A stretch of 64,000 nucleotides of DNA from a virus. Taxonomy: Duplodnaviria; Caudoviricetes. A program made the position numbers and the translations under genes. Every line of letters begins with the position of its first letter. Within the stretch, counting starts at the first letter, position 1. The notes under the pieces were generated by a model. That model searched no databases. It saw only the letters and a program-made list of their open reading frames with translations, and was not told the DNA's origin. The stretch spans positions 3,207 to 67,206 of IMG/VR virus record IMGVR_UViG_3300014205_000021; one strand, 5' to 3'. Positions 44,773 to 54,128 of this stretch are shown piece by piece.

Positions 44773-44960
44773 GGCCCGCCCCCCTGAAAGGGGGCGGGAC
44801 ACACAGACCTATCCGTCTGAGTTTCCGCGCGCGCGCGCGCGTTCATTATAACGGCCGGGCGTTTTTTCGGCACCGAAAGACGATTGTCCCCGGGTGTCCC
44901 TCGGGATTGTCCCCCGATTGTCCCTCCGAATTGTCCCTACTGTCCCCGGGGATTTATCCC
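44773..44960. repeat. Putative replication origin: hairpin, (CG)8 run and iteron-like TGTCCC array
   Basis: CCCGCCCCC-tgaaa-GGGGGCGGG; (CG)8 at 44826-44841; TGTCCC at 44885, 44895, 44908, 44919, 44932, 44941; TATCCC at 44955. Confidence 0.65.
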
Positions 44961-44974
44961 CACTATTATTTTTC

Positions 44975-45009
44975 GGGACTTGCAATTTGTTGCAAGCCCT
45001 TTCTAACGT
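44975..45009 (+). promoter_or_regulatory. Rightward promoter overlapped by a palindromic operator
   Basis: TTGCAA(44980)-N18-TAACGT; IR CTTGCAA-tttg-TTGCAAG (44979-44996). Confidence 0.5.
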
Positions 45010-45057
45010 GACGCGGTGCGTCGCGCGCTGCGTTGTCGCCGAACCGATGGAGCCATC

Positions 45058-45645
45058 ATGAGAATTTACCGCGCGGAGCCGCAAGTCGGCGGCTCGCTTG
45101 TTACCGTAAGGCTTGCCGGGAGCGCGCAGTTTCCAGAAACCGAGCCTCGGCGGCTGAATATGCGCCGTGACCTCGCGGATTACCTGATCCCGAGTCGGCA
45201 AATTGCCCTTGCGATTCTCTGTGATGCGCTCAGCGACGAGCTTCGCGCGCTCAGCTATGCGGCTGACTTCGACCGCCGGGTGATCCGGCGCTTCGACCCT
45301 GCGCGCCCGTGGGAGCTGAACAGCGATGCGGTTCGGCGGGAATGCATCAATATCGATATCGCGCGTCAAACGCCGCTAACGCCGCCCGACAACGAAAACC
45401 TCTCGCACGAGGAGCGCGTCGCGCGCGTCGTCTCGGGCCTCCGGATGCTGCTCGAGACTTACCCGCTCGAGGGCGCGCTTCCGGTCGTCCGATCAGAGCT
45501 TGAGCTGCTGCTCTCCGAATTCGCCAGCCCGCCGACGCCCGCGATGGCGGCGGAACATTCTGGGCTCGAGCGCGAAATCGCCGCCGGGCTCGCGAACCTT
45601 GCGCAAGAGGCTGGCATCACCGAGTCGTCGAAAACAAAAACCTGA
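45058..45645 (+). CDS. DUF6166-like protein
   Basis: QIALAILCDALSDELRAL...RFDPARPWELNSD; AACCGATGGAG leader. Confidence 0.55.
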   Translation: MRIYRAEPQVGGSLVTVRLAGSAQFPETEPRRLNMRRDLADYLIPSRQIALAILCDALSDELRALSYAADFDRRVIRRFDPARPWELNSDAVRRECINIDIARQTPLTPPDNENLSHEERVARVVSGLRMLLETYPLEGALPVVRSELELLLSEFASPPTPAMAAEHSGLEREIAAGLANLAQEAGITESSKTKT

Positions 45646-45657
45646 ATGGAGAAACCG

Positions 45658-46119
45658 ATGGGACTTTTGAATCGCTGGCGGAAGCCCCGCCAGCCAAGGT
45701 TCGAAATCACGACGGACACCGAGCATCGCTTAATTACGCTCGAGAATCTGCGTGCCGCGTGGGAGCTAAAGAAACTGCTCGACGCAACGACCGAGCGCCT
45801 AGTGGAGCTTTATGCTTACGACACCCCGCAGGAAAAGCAGATCATCGCGATCAGCCTCAAGACGAATGAGGTTCTCACGCAGCGTGAACTCGTCGCTGCG
45901 GTCATCGACGCGACGCGCAAATGCTGGGTCGACTATGCGTCTCAATTGCGGAAGCTCGGCATCGATCCCGGGCTAATGCCCGCACCGCTATGCGGCAGCG
46001 GCGGAACCGCGCCGATGTTTAACGGCTGGGGCGGTGCCGGCGGCTCGGGAGGAGCGCAATCGTTCCACAAGTCCCCAGCTACGACCGTTGTGCACGGACA
46101 AGGAGGAAAGCACCCATGA
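45658..46119 (+). CDS. Hypothetical protein
   Basis: GGAGA plus AACCG-ATG. Confidence 0.6.
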   Translation: MGLLNRWRKPRQPRFEITTDTEHRLITLENLRAAWELKKLLDATTERLVELYAYDTPQEKQIIAISLKTNEVLTQRELVAAVIDATRKCWVDYASQLRKLGIDPGLMPAPLCGSGGTAPMFNGWGGAGGSGGAQSFHKSPATTVVHGQGGKHP

Positions 46120-47396
46120 AGGTAATCGCTTTAGTTGCCGAGAATGTAAAAAAGCTGCGCGCGGTCGAGATCCTGCCGACGGACAATCTCGTGAAGATTT
46201 CCGGCGCGAACGGAGCGGGCAAAAGCTCCGTGCTCGACGCGTTGTGGTGGGGCTTCGCAGGCAAGAGCGCGATGGATCCCCAGCCGATCCGCGAGGGCGA
46301 GAAGAAGGCAATAATCCGGATCGAGCTTGACGACTTGATCATCACGCGGACGATCAGCCGCAAAAACGCGCAAGACGTCCATTTTACGACCGGCATCAAG
46401 GTCGAGAAACGCGATGGATCGGAATATCAAAAACCGCAGTTCGTCATCGACGGGCTACTCGGTCGCTTCACTTTCGACCCTATGGAATTTCTTCACCTGA
46501 AGCCCGACGAGCAGTTCGAGGCGCTGAAAGCCCTCGTGCCTGGCTTTGACTTCGCGGCATCCGCAGCAGCCGACAAAACGGATTTCGCGAAGCGAACGGA
46601 CGAGAACCGCGAGGCGAAGCGATACCGGACGCTTGCGGACGGCATCTCGCTGCCGGCGGGTTCGCTCAAGCTCGAGCGCGTTGACGTCAGTGATCTAACG
46701 AGGCGCATCGGTGAAGCCGCGCAAATGAACGACGATATCGCGCACGAGAAAAGGCAAAAGGAAAAGCTATTAACCGATGCCGAAGAAGCCGCCGACGAGA
46801 TCGAGCGCCTCGAAGCCAGAATCGGTCTGCTGCGCAAGCAGGTCGTCGAGGCCGAAGAAGCCGCCGCGGCGATCACCGTGCGGGCACCCATCGACGTCGC
46901 GGAGCTTTCCGCACAGTTGCAGCAGGCCGACGAAACAAATCGGGTCGTCGAATTGCGGGAAACGAAACACAACCACGAGGCGGAGGCGCAAAAGCACGAA
47001 GAAGAAGCCGAGCGGCTCACGCGCGAGATGGAAACCCGCCGGCAGGAACGCGAAGCCGCGATCTCAAAAGCGAAAATGCCGGTGAAAGGGCTCGGCTTCG
47101 GCGACGGCGAGGTATTGCTGAACGGTCACCCGTTCAAGCAAGGAAGCGACGCGGAGAAGCTGCGCGCCAGCATGGGGATCGCGATGGCGCTCAATCCGGA
47201 AATCCGGATCGTGCGCGTGCGAGAGGGATCGTTACTGGACGAGAATTCGCTCGAGCTGGTGCGCTCGATGGCAGCCGAGCGGGACTATCAGGTCTGGCTG
47301 GAGCTGGTCGACACGAGCGGCAAGGTCGGATTCGTGATCGAGGATGGCGAGATCGTCTCGGAAGAAAAGCCCCAGAAAGGAAAATCCAATGGATAA
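46116..47396 (+). CDS. SMC/SbcC-like coiled-coil ATPase
   Basis: GANGAGKSS Walker A, long coiled coil, C-terminal GSLLD. Confidence 0.85.
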   Translation: MKVIALVAENVKKLRAVEILPTDNLVKISGANGAGKSSVLDALWWGFAGKSAMDPQPIREGEKKAIIRIELDDLIITRTISRKNAQDVHFTTGIKVEKRDGSEYQKPQFVIDGLLGRFTFDPMEFLHLKPDEQFEALKALVPGFDFAASAAADKTDFAKRTDENREAKRYRTLADGISLPAGSLKLERVDVSDLTRRIGEAAQMNDDIAHEKRQKEKLLTDAEEAADEIERLEARIGLLRKQVVEAEEAAAAITVRAPIDVAELSAQLQQADETNRVVELRETKHNHEAEAQKHEEEAERLTREMETRRQEREAAISKAKMPVKGLGFGDGEVLLNGHPFKQGSDAEKLRASMGIAMALNPEIRIVRVREGSLLDENSLELVRSMAAERDYQVWLELVDTSGKVGFVIEDGEIVSEEKPQKGKSNG

Positions 47397-47700
47397 ACCG
47401 GAGTTCGACGCGCAAGCGTACATCGAGAAGATCACCCGCGAAGCCCAGCCGGATTCCGCGAGCAAGCGGATCGACCGAAACTTGCAGCTTCTCGCGCGTG
47501 ACCTCGACGCGATCCTGACCCGGATCGCCGGCCGACGGGTTGCCTTCAGCCTCGTCGTGCACACGAATGTTCCGCAGTACGTCTCGAACACAACGGATCG
47601 CGAGGGCGTCTCGAAAACCTTCCTGACCTTCGTCGAGAAGTGGAAGGAGCAGGGCGGCCGAACGATCGCAACCTTCGATAACCTCGGGAGGAAAAACTGA
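47389..47700 (+). CDS. Hypothetical protein
   Basis: ATG 47389; FSLVV...QYVSN..RE. Confidence 0.55.
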   Translation: MDKPEFDAQAYIEKITREAQPDSASKRIDRNLQLLARDLDAILTRIAGRRVAFSLVVHTNVPQYVSNTTDREGVSKTFLTFVEKWKEQGGRTIATFDNLGRKN

Positions 47701-47879
47701 TGCTGACAGACGCTCAAATCGCTCGGCTGACCGAGCTAAAAAAAGATATCGATCTGCACGGATCGCTCGACGGCCAGCAGATGACTTCGCGAGACGGCAT
47801 GATGTGCGCGAAGGTCATCGGCGAACTTATCGGCATCGCGCTCTCGACTGCCCGCCCGACGAAAGCGAAGAAACGCTGA
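47700..47879 (+). CDS. Small hypothetical protein
   Basis: Read manually: MLTDAQIARLTELKKDIDLHG...; TGATG coupling on both sides. Confidence 0.5.
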   Translation: MLTDAQIARLTELKKDIDLHGSLDGQQMTSRDGMMCAKVIGELIGIALSTARPTKAKKR

Positions 47880-48202
47880 TGCCGAAAAAATATGTCTCGA
47901 GAATCGACGCGCACGTCGGCAAGCGATTCAAATTCCGCCGGCGAGAGCTGGGGCTCTCCTGCCAGAATATCGCGGATCGCATCGATACCTCGTGCCAGTT
48001 CGTTCAGCAGATCGAAAAGGGCACAAGCTCGCTTAGCAGCACGCGCATGTATCAGATCGCCGATCTGATGCGCGTGGATGCGAACTATTTTTTTTCCGGG
48101 TTGCCGGCCGGCATCCGGATTGTTTCCACGCGCCGCAGGAAAGGAACGAAAGATGCAAGTCACCAAAACGTCGACGTGGAGCGGCGAAACCCGCACGTAT
48201 GA
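47879..48202 (+). CDS. XRE-family HTH regulator
   Basis: IDAHVGKRFKFRRRELGLS...VQQIEKG...IADLMRVDANYFF. Confidence 0.85.
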   Translation: MPKKYVSRIDAHVGKRFKFRRRELGLSCQNIADRIDTSCQFVQQIEKGTSSLSSTRMYQIADLMRVDANYFFSGLPAGIRIVSTRRRKGTKDASHQNVDVERRNPHV

Positions 48203-48419
48203 AATCCCATGTCTCGACGAGCAAAAGATCGAGCTGATCCGCAAGCGCGGGATCGACCCGCAGAAATTCGGGTGCAATCCCGCGCAGGCGCGTTTCGTTC
48301 TCACGGGCATCACGCCCGAGGAGGCGAGGCAAATGGAGGATGGAATTTCCGGCACCGGACTCGGGCTCGTCCCCCCGAGCCCGAAGCCTAAAAATCAATC
48401 GGACGATGGAGAACTCTGA
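48153..48419 (+). CDS. Hypothetical phage protein
   Basis: AGGA RBS; ARFVLTGITPEE. Confidence 0.55.
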   Translation: MQVTKTSTWSGETRTYEIPCLDEQKIELIRKRGIDPQKFGCNPAQARFVLTGITPEEARQMEDGISGTGLGLVPPSPKPKNQSDDGEL

Positions 48420-49408
48420 TGGCTGAAACGATCAAGAACGCGAAAAAATATTACGCGGGGCGCGAGCCCGGAATTTATTTCAATCTTTCGAACAAGGACT
48501 ATCACCTAGACCCGGCGCTGGGGTCGACCGATCTGCGCGCCGCTGTGCGCGGCGCCGGGGTCTATTGGTGGAATAGCTACATGAACCCGATGCGGCCGCC
48601 GGTCGAAAAGAAAAAAACCGATGCGCTGCTCTACGGCGACGCGACGCACAAGTGCATCCTCGAGGGCGTCGAGGCTTTCAAAAAAGTCTACAAGCGCCGT
48701 CCGGATGACGCGCCCGAGGCCTCGCCGGCAGACAAGGGCGCGGCGACGAAGCGTTTCAAATCGAAGCTCATGAAGGGCGAGGAAATGCTGCACGGTGAGG
48801 ACTTCGACTCCGTGATGCTCACCGGCCAGATGATCCGCGCGAACCCGGAGCTTCAAACGGCATTCGAAGGCGGGGTTTCCGAACTCGCGATCTTCTGGCG
48901 CGAGGGGCCGTTTATGCTCAAGATCAAGATCGACAAGCTGAAGCCGAAAGGCCTTGGCGATCTCAAGACGATCGCCAATCAGATGAAGCGCGATCTCGAG
49001 GAGGCGTGCCGCCTCGAATTCTGCTTCCGCCGGCATGACATGCAAGCGCTCCACTATCTCGACGGTGCTGCCCGTATCCCGGACTTGCTCGCGGCGGGGA
49101 AGATTTTCGGGGAACCGAACGATTCCGATATGGATGTGCTGCACAAATTTTGCAAACACAACCAGCACGCCTTTCAGTTTGTCTATTTCCAGAGCGAGGG
49201 CGTCCCCGAGACTTTCTCGACGTACCTCTCGCCCGACAACCCGATCTTCGAATTCAGCCGCCGGGATCTGGACGACGGAAAGGAACGCTTTCGCATCGCT
49301 ATGGAGCGATGGGGCGAAGAAACGATGTGGCTCACGACCCGGAAAGTTCGCGAGCTGCAGATCGACGACCTGCCGCCGAGCTTCGCTCGCAAATCGATCG
49401 ACGCCTAA
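48419..49408 (+). CDS. RecE/ExoVIII-like PD-(D/E)XK exonuclease (DUF3799-like)
   Basis: YHLDPALGST, GDATH, KIKIDKL...GDLKT, QALHY. Confidence 0.85.
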   Translation: MAETIKNAKKYYAGREPGIYFNLSNKDYHLDPALGSTDLRAAVRGAGVYWWNSYMNPMRPPVEKKKTDALLYGDATHKCILEGVEAFKKVYKRRPDDAPEASPADKGAATKRFKSKLMKGEEMLHGEDFDSVMLTGQMIRANPELQTAFEGGVSELAIFWREGPFMLKIKIDKLKPKGLGDLKTIANQMKRDLEEACRLEFCFRRHDMQALHYLDGAARIPDLLAAGKIFGEPNDSDMDVLHKFCKHNQHAFQFVYFQSEGVPETFSTYLSPDNPIFEFSRRDLDDGKERFRIAMERWGEETMWLTTRKVRELQIDDLPPSFARKSIDA

Positions 49409-49437
49409 CCCCTGACGCCACTCAAAGGAAAAACAAA

Positions 49438-50613
49438 ATGGAAGATCACCCGAATGCACCTGGCAGCGACGATCGCAATCCGTCGCAGCGTTTTGCCGAA
49501 CTCGAGGCACTGGACAATATCCGCAACGAGGGCGGCCAGTCTCTCGTCGCCCCGATGAATTCGCCGGCCGAGCGCATCTTCGGCGCCCAGCCGGTCGCGG
49601 TGAAACGCCGCGTGCCCGAAATTATGTCGACGCTAAAAGCTCTCGCTTCGGCAGCCGGGAGCGAGTGGTATTACCGTTTCCCGGTAAATAAAAAGCAGCG
49701 CGACGGTAGCCGCAAGCAGGAATGGATCGAGGGCCCGAGCATCAAGCTGGCGAATGATCTCGCCCGCAGTTACGGAAATTGCGACGTCGATGTGCGCGTC
49801 GTTCTGCAGGGCAACCGCTGGATTTTTTATGCCCGCTTCCTCGATATCGAGACCGGCTATTCGCTCACCCGGCCGTTCCAGCAGCGGATGGGACAAAGCT
49901 CGATGCGGACGTCGAGCGACCGGCAGGAAGATATCGCGTTTCAGATCGGTGCCTCGAAAGCGATCCGGAACGTGGTGTGCAATGCGCTGCAGACCTTCGC
50001 GGATTATGCCTTTCAGGAAGCGAAGAACTCGCTGGTGAATGAAATCGGTAAAGACCTTCCGAAATGGCGTGACCGCGTAAAGAAAGGGCTCGAGCGCGAT
50101 AAGGTTGATCAGCATCGCGTCGAGAAAGAGTTCGGTCGGGCGATTGCGGATTGGGACGCGGCCGACGTTGCGCGTCTTGTCGCAATCGGAAAAGCGGTCT
50201 CGGACGGCATCACGACGTGGGACGAGAGCTTCCCGCCGGAAGGCGGTCAGCAGGCCAGCGGCGGAAGCCCGCTCTCGGACGACGAGGGTGAGACCGAACC
50301 GAAGGCCGAAACAAAAACCGCCGCGGCGGAGAAGAAAGAACCCGAACCCGCGCGCGATGAAAAGCAAGCCGAGCCTGCGGCCAAGGAAGCGAACACCGCC
50401 CCGGTGGCATCAAGCGGGCCGCCGAAAACGCGCGAGGATTATCTCGTGCATGCAGTAAGCTGGATCGAGGCGTGCACGAGCGCCGCGCAGGTCGATCAGA
50501 AGTGGAAAGAAGAACGAGACATTCGCCCGTCGGTCGGCCTCACGGAAGATGACCTCGATGATCTGAAGGAAGCGCGCGAGAAACGCAAAAAGGCACTGAA
50601 GGCGACCGCGTGA
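49438..50613 (+). CDS. Putative single-strand annealing protein of an unrecognised family
   Basis: Occupies the RecT slot after RecE; IEGPSIKLANDLARSYGN...IGASKAIRN. Confidence 0.45.
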   Translation: MEDHPNAPGSDDRNPSQRFAELEALDNIRNEGGQSLVAPMNSPAERIFGAQPVAVKRRVPEIMSTLKALASAAGSEWYYRFPVNKKQRDGSRKQEWIEGPSIKLANDLARSYGNCDVDVRVVLQGNRWIFYARFLDIETGYSLTRPFQQRMGQSSMRTSSDRQEDIAFQIGASKAIRNVVCNALQTFADYAFQEAKNSLVNEIGKDLPKWRDRVKKGLERDKVDQHRVEKEFGRAIADWDAADVARLVAIGKAVSDGITTWDESFPPEGGQQASGGSPLSDDEGETEPKAETKTAAAEKKEPEPARDEKQAEPAAKEANTAPVASSGPPKTREDYLVHAVSWIEACTSAAQVDQKWKEERDIRPSVGLTEDDLDDLKEAREKRKKALKATA

Positions 50614-51326
50614 TGCTCATTCGGGTCGTCGATTTTGAAACCACCGGTCTCGAGCCGCCCGCCGCGGCGGTCTGCGAGATCGGGTGGTGTGACGTTACGC
50701 GCGAGGGCTTCGACTGGTTTGCCGGGAAGCCCTCGTCGTTTCTTTGCGATCCCCGCCGGCCGATGCCGGCGGAGGTTCGCGCCGTTCACCATATCTCGGA
50801 CGCGGAGCTGCTCGGCCAGGTAACGAGCGAAGAAGGGCTCGCGCGCTTTGCCGGCCAGCAGCCGACGCCCGACTATTACTGCGCATGCAACGCTCCTTTC
50901 GAACAGAAATTTTTCTGCCCGGACGGCAGCAAGTGGCTCGATACATATCGGAGCGCAAAGCACGCCTATCCGGAGAACGAGGCCGGCTTCGGAAATCAGA
51001 CGATGCGCTACTGGCTCGGGCTCGAGCTGGATCCGGTTCTCGCCGACCCGCCGCACCGCGCGGGCCCGGATGCTTACGTCACGGCCGAGGTTCTCGCGCA
51101 CATGCTGAATAACGGATTTGACGTCGAGCAGCTGCACGCATGGTCGACGCAACCCCTCATCCTCAAAATCTGCAATCTCAAAAAATACAAAGGGATGCCT
51201 TGGAGCGAAGTGCCCCGCGATTATCTCGATTGGATTCTTCGACAACCGCCGACCGATTGGGATCCGGATATTCTGCACACGGCGAGACACTATCGGGGCG
51301 GCGGCGCGCAGCCGACGATGCTCTGA
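50610..51326 (+). CDS. DEDDh 3'-5' exonuclease (ExoX/DnaQ-like)
   Basis: VVDFETTG, HRAGPDA; C-terminal KYKGMPWSEVPRDYLDW. Confidence 0.88.
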   Translation: MMLIRVVDFETTGLEPPAAAVCEIGWCDVTREGFDWFAGKPSSFLCDPRRPMPAEVRAVHHISDAELLGQVTSEEGLARFAGQQPTPDYYCACNAPFEQKFFCPDGSKWLDTYRSAKHAYPENEAGFGNQTMRYWLGLELDPVLADPPHRAGPDAYVTAEVLAHMLNNGFDVEQLHAWSTQPLILKICNLKKYKGMPWSEVPRDYLDWILRQPPTDWDPDILHTARHYRGGGAQPTML

Positions 51327-52462
51327 TGGAATTCAGCCCGCAACAGCAGAAGGCGATCGACGCCGTGATGCAGTGGATCGCCGACCCGGGCGACAATCAG
51401 GTATTCCGGCTCTTCGGCTACGCGGGCACCGGTAAGACGACGCTCGCAAAATATATCGCGAGCCGCGTCGAGGAGGAGCATGGGGGCGATGTTCTGTTCG
51501 GGGCTTTCACCGGGAAAGCCGCGCTCGTGCTGCAGCGGAAGGGGTGCGAAGGCGCATCGACGCTGCATTCGCTGATCTACAACGTGAAGGAAGGCGACGA
51601 CGGCCCGGTCTTTGTCCGGAATCGGGAATCGCCGCTTGCCGAAGCGACGCTTTTGATCGTCGACGAATGCAGCATGGTTGCGGAAGAACTCGGCGAGGAC
51701 GTCCTGTCGTTCGAGACGCCCGTGCTTGTGCTCGGGGATCCCGCGCAGTTGCCGCCCGTGAGTGGCGCGGGCTTTTTCACGCACGAGGAGAAAGGCAAAA
51801 ACAATATCGTGGCGATCACGCCCGACGTCATGCTGACGGAAATCCACCGGCAGGCCCGGGACAATCCGATCATCGCGCTTGCGACCGAGGTACGCCTCGG
51901 TCGTCGCTTAAAGCCCGGACGCTACGGTGAGTCCGAGGTACGAGACCGACCGCTTTCGCGTGAGATCGTTCTCCGCGCGGATCAATTAATCGTCGGGAAG
52001 AACGCGACCCGCAACGTATCGAACCGAAAATATCGCAAGCTGCTGAAACGTGAGAGCTGGCATCCGGTCGAGGGTGATCGGCTGGTGTGCCTTCAAAATA
52101 AAAAAGACCTCGGGTTGCTAAACGGCGGTCTTTGGGAATGCGTAGAGCTTGGCGATTATTCGGCAAACGAGACTATCGAGATGGAAATTAAATCGCTCGA
52201 CTTCGATGCGCCGAATATCGAGGTTCAGGCGCTCTCGGGTTATTTCCAGTCGACGAGTTTCAAGCCCGAAGCCTGGCAGTTCCGCCGCTTCTCGCATTTC
52301 GATTTTGGTTACGCGCTGACCTGCCATAAAGCGCAGGGCTCGCAGTGGGACGACGTCGCGATCATCGACGAGTCCGGGGTGTTCCGCGAGGACGCGGAGC
52401 GCTGGCTCTACACCGCGATCACGCGCGCGGCCGTCCGCGTCACAATCGCGAGGGCCTCGTGA
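51326..52462 (+). CDS. RecD/Dda-like SF1B DNA helicase
   Basis: GYAGTGKT, IVDECSM, GDPAQLPP, EIHRQ, YALTCHKAQGS, LYTAITRA. Confidence 0.92.
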   Translation: MEFSPQQQKAIDAVMQWIADPGDNQVFRLFGYAGTGKTTLAKYIASRVEEEHGGDVLFGAFTGKAALVLQRKGCEGASTLHSLIYNVKEGDDGPVFVRNRESPLAEATLLIVDECSMVAEELGEDVLSFETPVLVLGDPAQLPPVSGAGFFTHEEKGKNNIVAITPDVMLTEIHRQARDNPIIALATEVRLGRRLKPGRYGESEVRDRPLSREIVLRADQLIVGKNATRNVSNRKYRKLLKRESWHPVEGDRLVCLQNKKDLGLLNGGLWECVELGDYSANETIEMEIKSLDFDAPNIEVQALSGYFQSTSFKPEAWQFRRFSHFDFGYALTCHKAQGSQWDDVAIIDESGVFREDAERWLYTAITRAAVRVTIARAS

Positions 52463-52695
52463 GCCGCCGCCCGAGGGCGCAAGCCTGCTTTGTGGCGAGC
52501 CAGTGCCCGCCAGACGAGGCGGAGATTTACACAAAATTCCGCGATGTGGTGCTCGGTGCACATTGCGGTGACAAACGACCGAGCCATAAATGCTGCGGCA
52601 AGATCATCCTCGAGCGCTCGACCATCACGCTCTCGTGCCCGCTTTGCGGCGATTGCCGGCAGCTCGTCGAAACCAACACGGGGAAGAAGCCATGA
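52459..52695 (+). CDS. Small Cys-rich zinc-ribbon protein
   Basis: HKCCG...CPLCG; GTG coupled to the upstream stop. Confidence 0.5.
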   Translation: MSRRPRAQACFVASQCPPDEAEIYTKFRDVVLGAHCGDKRPSHKCCGKIILERSTITLSCPLCGDCRQLVETNTGKKP

Positions 52696-53306
52696 ACGAC
52701 GCCTTTCCGCTCCGCTGGCCTGACGGCTGGCCGCGAACTGCCGAAGCCGCACGCGCGAACACCGCACCCTTCAAGGCCGCGGCGGAGAAGACCCGCCGGG
52801 AAATCCTGGCCGAGCTTCGCCGCATGCACGCGACGAACGTAGTTGTGAACAGCAACGTGCCGATCCGAAACGATGGCATGCCTTACGCGGACGCGGCGAA
52901 GCGCCGGATTCACGACCCGGGTGTCGCGCTGTATTTCACGCTCAAGGGACGTCAGCTCGTGATGGCTCGCGACAAATACTGGCGGCCCGAGGACAATCTG
53001 CGCTCGCTCTATCTGACGATCGTCGGCCTGCGGGCGATCGAGCGGCACGGCGGCGCTACGATGATGGAACGCGCGTTCTCCGGTTTCGCTTCGCTCCCGC
53101 CGCCTCCCGGCGGCACGAGCGGACCCGAGAAACGCGACTGGCGGGTCGTGCTCGGTTTCGAGCCGAGCGAACGACCGACTCGGGACGACGTTCAGACGGC
53201 TTTTCGCCGCATGGCTCGCGACGCGCACCCGGACGCCGGCGGCTCGGATGAACGCATGCAAGAATTGAACGTGGCTCGAGACGAGGCGCTTGAAGCGCTC
53301 GCATAG
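52692..53306 (+). CDS. J-domain protein
   Basis: PLRWPDGWPRT; C-terminal WRVVLG...AHPDAGGS J-domain. Confidence 0.85.
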   Translation: MNDAFPLRWPDGWPRTAEAARANTAPFKAAAEKTRREILAELRRMHATNVVVNSNVPIRNDGMPYADAAKRRIHDPGVALYFTLKGRQLVMARDKYWRPEDNLRSLYLTIVGLRAIERHGGATMMERAFSGFASLPPPPGGTSGPEKRDWRVVLGFEPSERPTRDDVQTAFRRMARDAHPDAGGSDERMQELNVARDEALEALA

Positions 53307-53315
53307 GAGGAAACG

Positions 53316-54029
53316 ATGAACAACGGCCCGATCATGACCCCGAGAGGAACGCGCCCGCACCTTCCCTCTCACGATGAGATGCTTCGCCGGCTTAGCCGCC
53401 GGCCACCCGAACCGAACGTCGAAGCGCCTCGGCCGAATACCGTGCCGCCCTCTGCCCGCCCTCGCGAAGCGGCGGCTCCCCGGCCGCGGCCAACGGAGGA
53501 ACGCGAGATCATGGCGCAAAGCATCGCGATCTATGACAAGACCGTCGAGGAACGCGATTTCTATAAACGCGTCTCTCGCGATCAGGAGACCGAACTGCGG
53601 CTGCTCCGCTCGCGTCTCGAAACCCTCGAGGCGGACAAGCGCGAGACCGAGCGCGAGCGCGATCTAGCCCGCGACCAAGCGACGGGTATGATCGAGAACG
53701 TCGGTAGCGCGGCGCTGATTTTGTCCCGGGCTGTCGATGCGTATCAGCGCCCGAGCCCGCCGCAGGGCAATATGCGCCTTAAAGACCTAATGAGTCGGGC
53801 GGAGGAGGATCAGGGAGCCGCCAGAACGGTCGGGCGCTATGTCGCGGGCCAGGAGCCCCCGGCATCGCCTAGCGAGCCCCCTCTGACTGAAACTGGCCCG
53901 ATTCCCGAGCGAGTAGAGGGCAGCATGGACACGATTGCCGCCGACATGGCCGAGCTTTTGAGCGAGCAGCCCGATGTGGCGGAAACGCCACACGCATCGG
54001 CGGATCGGCAGGTGCGCTTCGAACGATAG
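53316..54029 (+). CDS. Coiled-coil hypothetical protein
   Basis: GGAGG RBS; central heptad-rich segment. Confidence 0.55.
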   Translation: MNNGPIMTPRGTRPHLPSHDEMLRRLSRRPPEPNVEAPRPNTVPPSARPREAAAPRPRPTEEREIMAQSIAIYDKTVEERDFYKRVSRDQETELRLLRSRLETLEADKRETERERDLARDQATGMIENVGSAALILSRAVDAYQRPSPPQGNMRLKDLMSRAEEDQGAARTVGRYVAGQEPPASPSEPPLTETGPIPERVEGSMDTIAADMAELLSEQPDVAETPHASADRQVRFER

Positions 54030-54128
54030 GTTGATTTCCCGGCACGCCCGGGGATCATCCCGCCACGGCCGCGTCCGACCGGTCGCTGAGCTCAGCGTCG
54101 GACTATTACTTCCTAGGAGAACTTCAAA

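Noticed and set aside
44881-44960. Short direct repeats considered as a CRISPR mini-array
   Set aside because: Repeats are 6-8 bp with 3-8 bp spacers, far below CRISPR dimensions; no cas genes.
44809-45369. 186-aa minus-strand ORF containing GTI/RDN repeats, resembling a lambda-O-like initiator with internal iterons
   Set aside because: It overlaps the better-supported plus-strand DUF6166-like gene and both promoters; it has no HTH or RBS; the peptide repeats simply reflect the DNA boxes.
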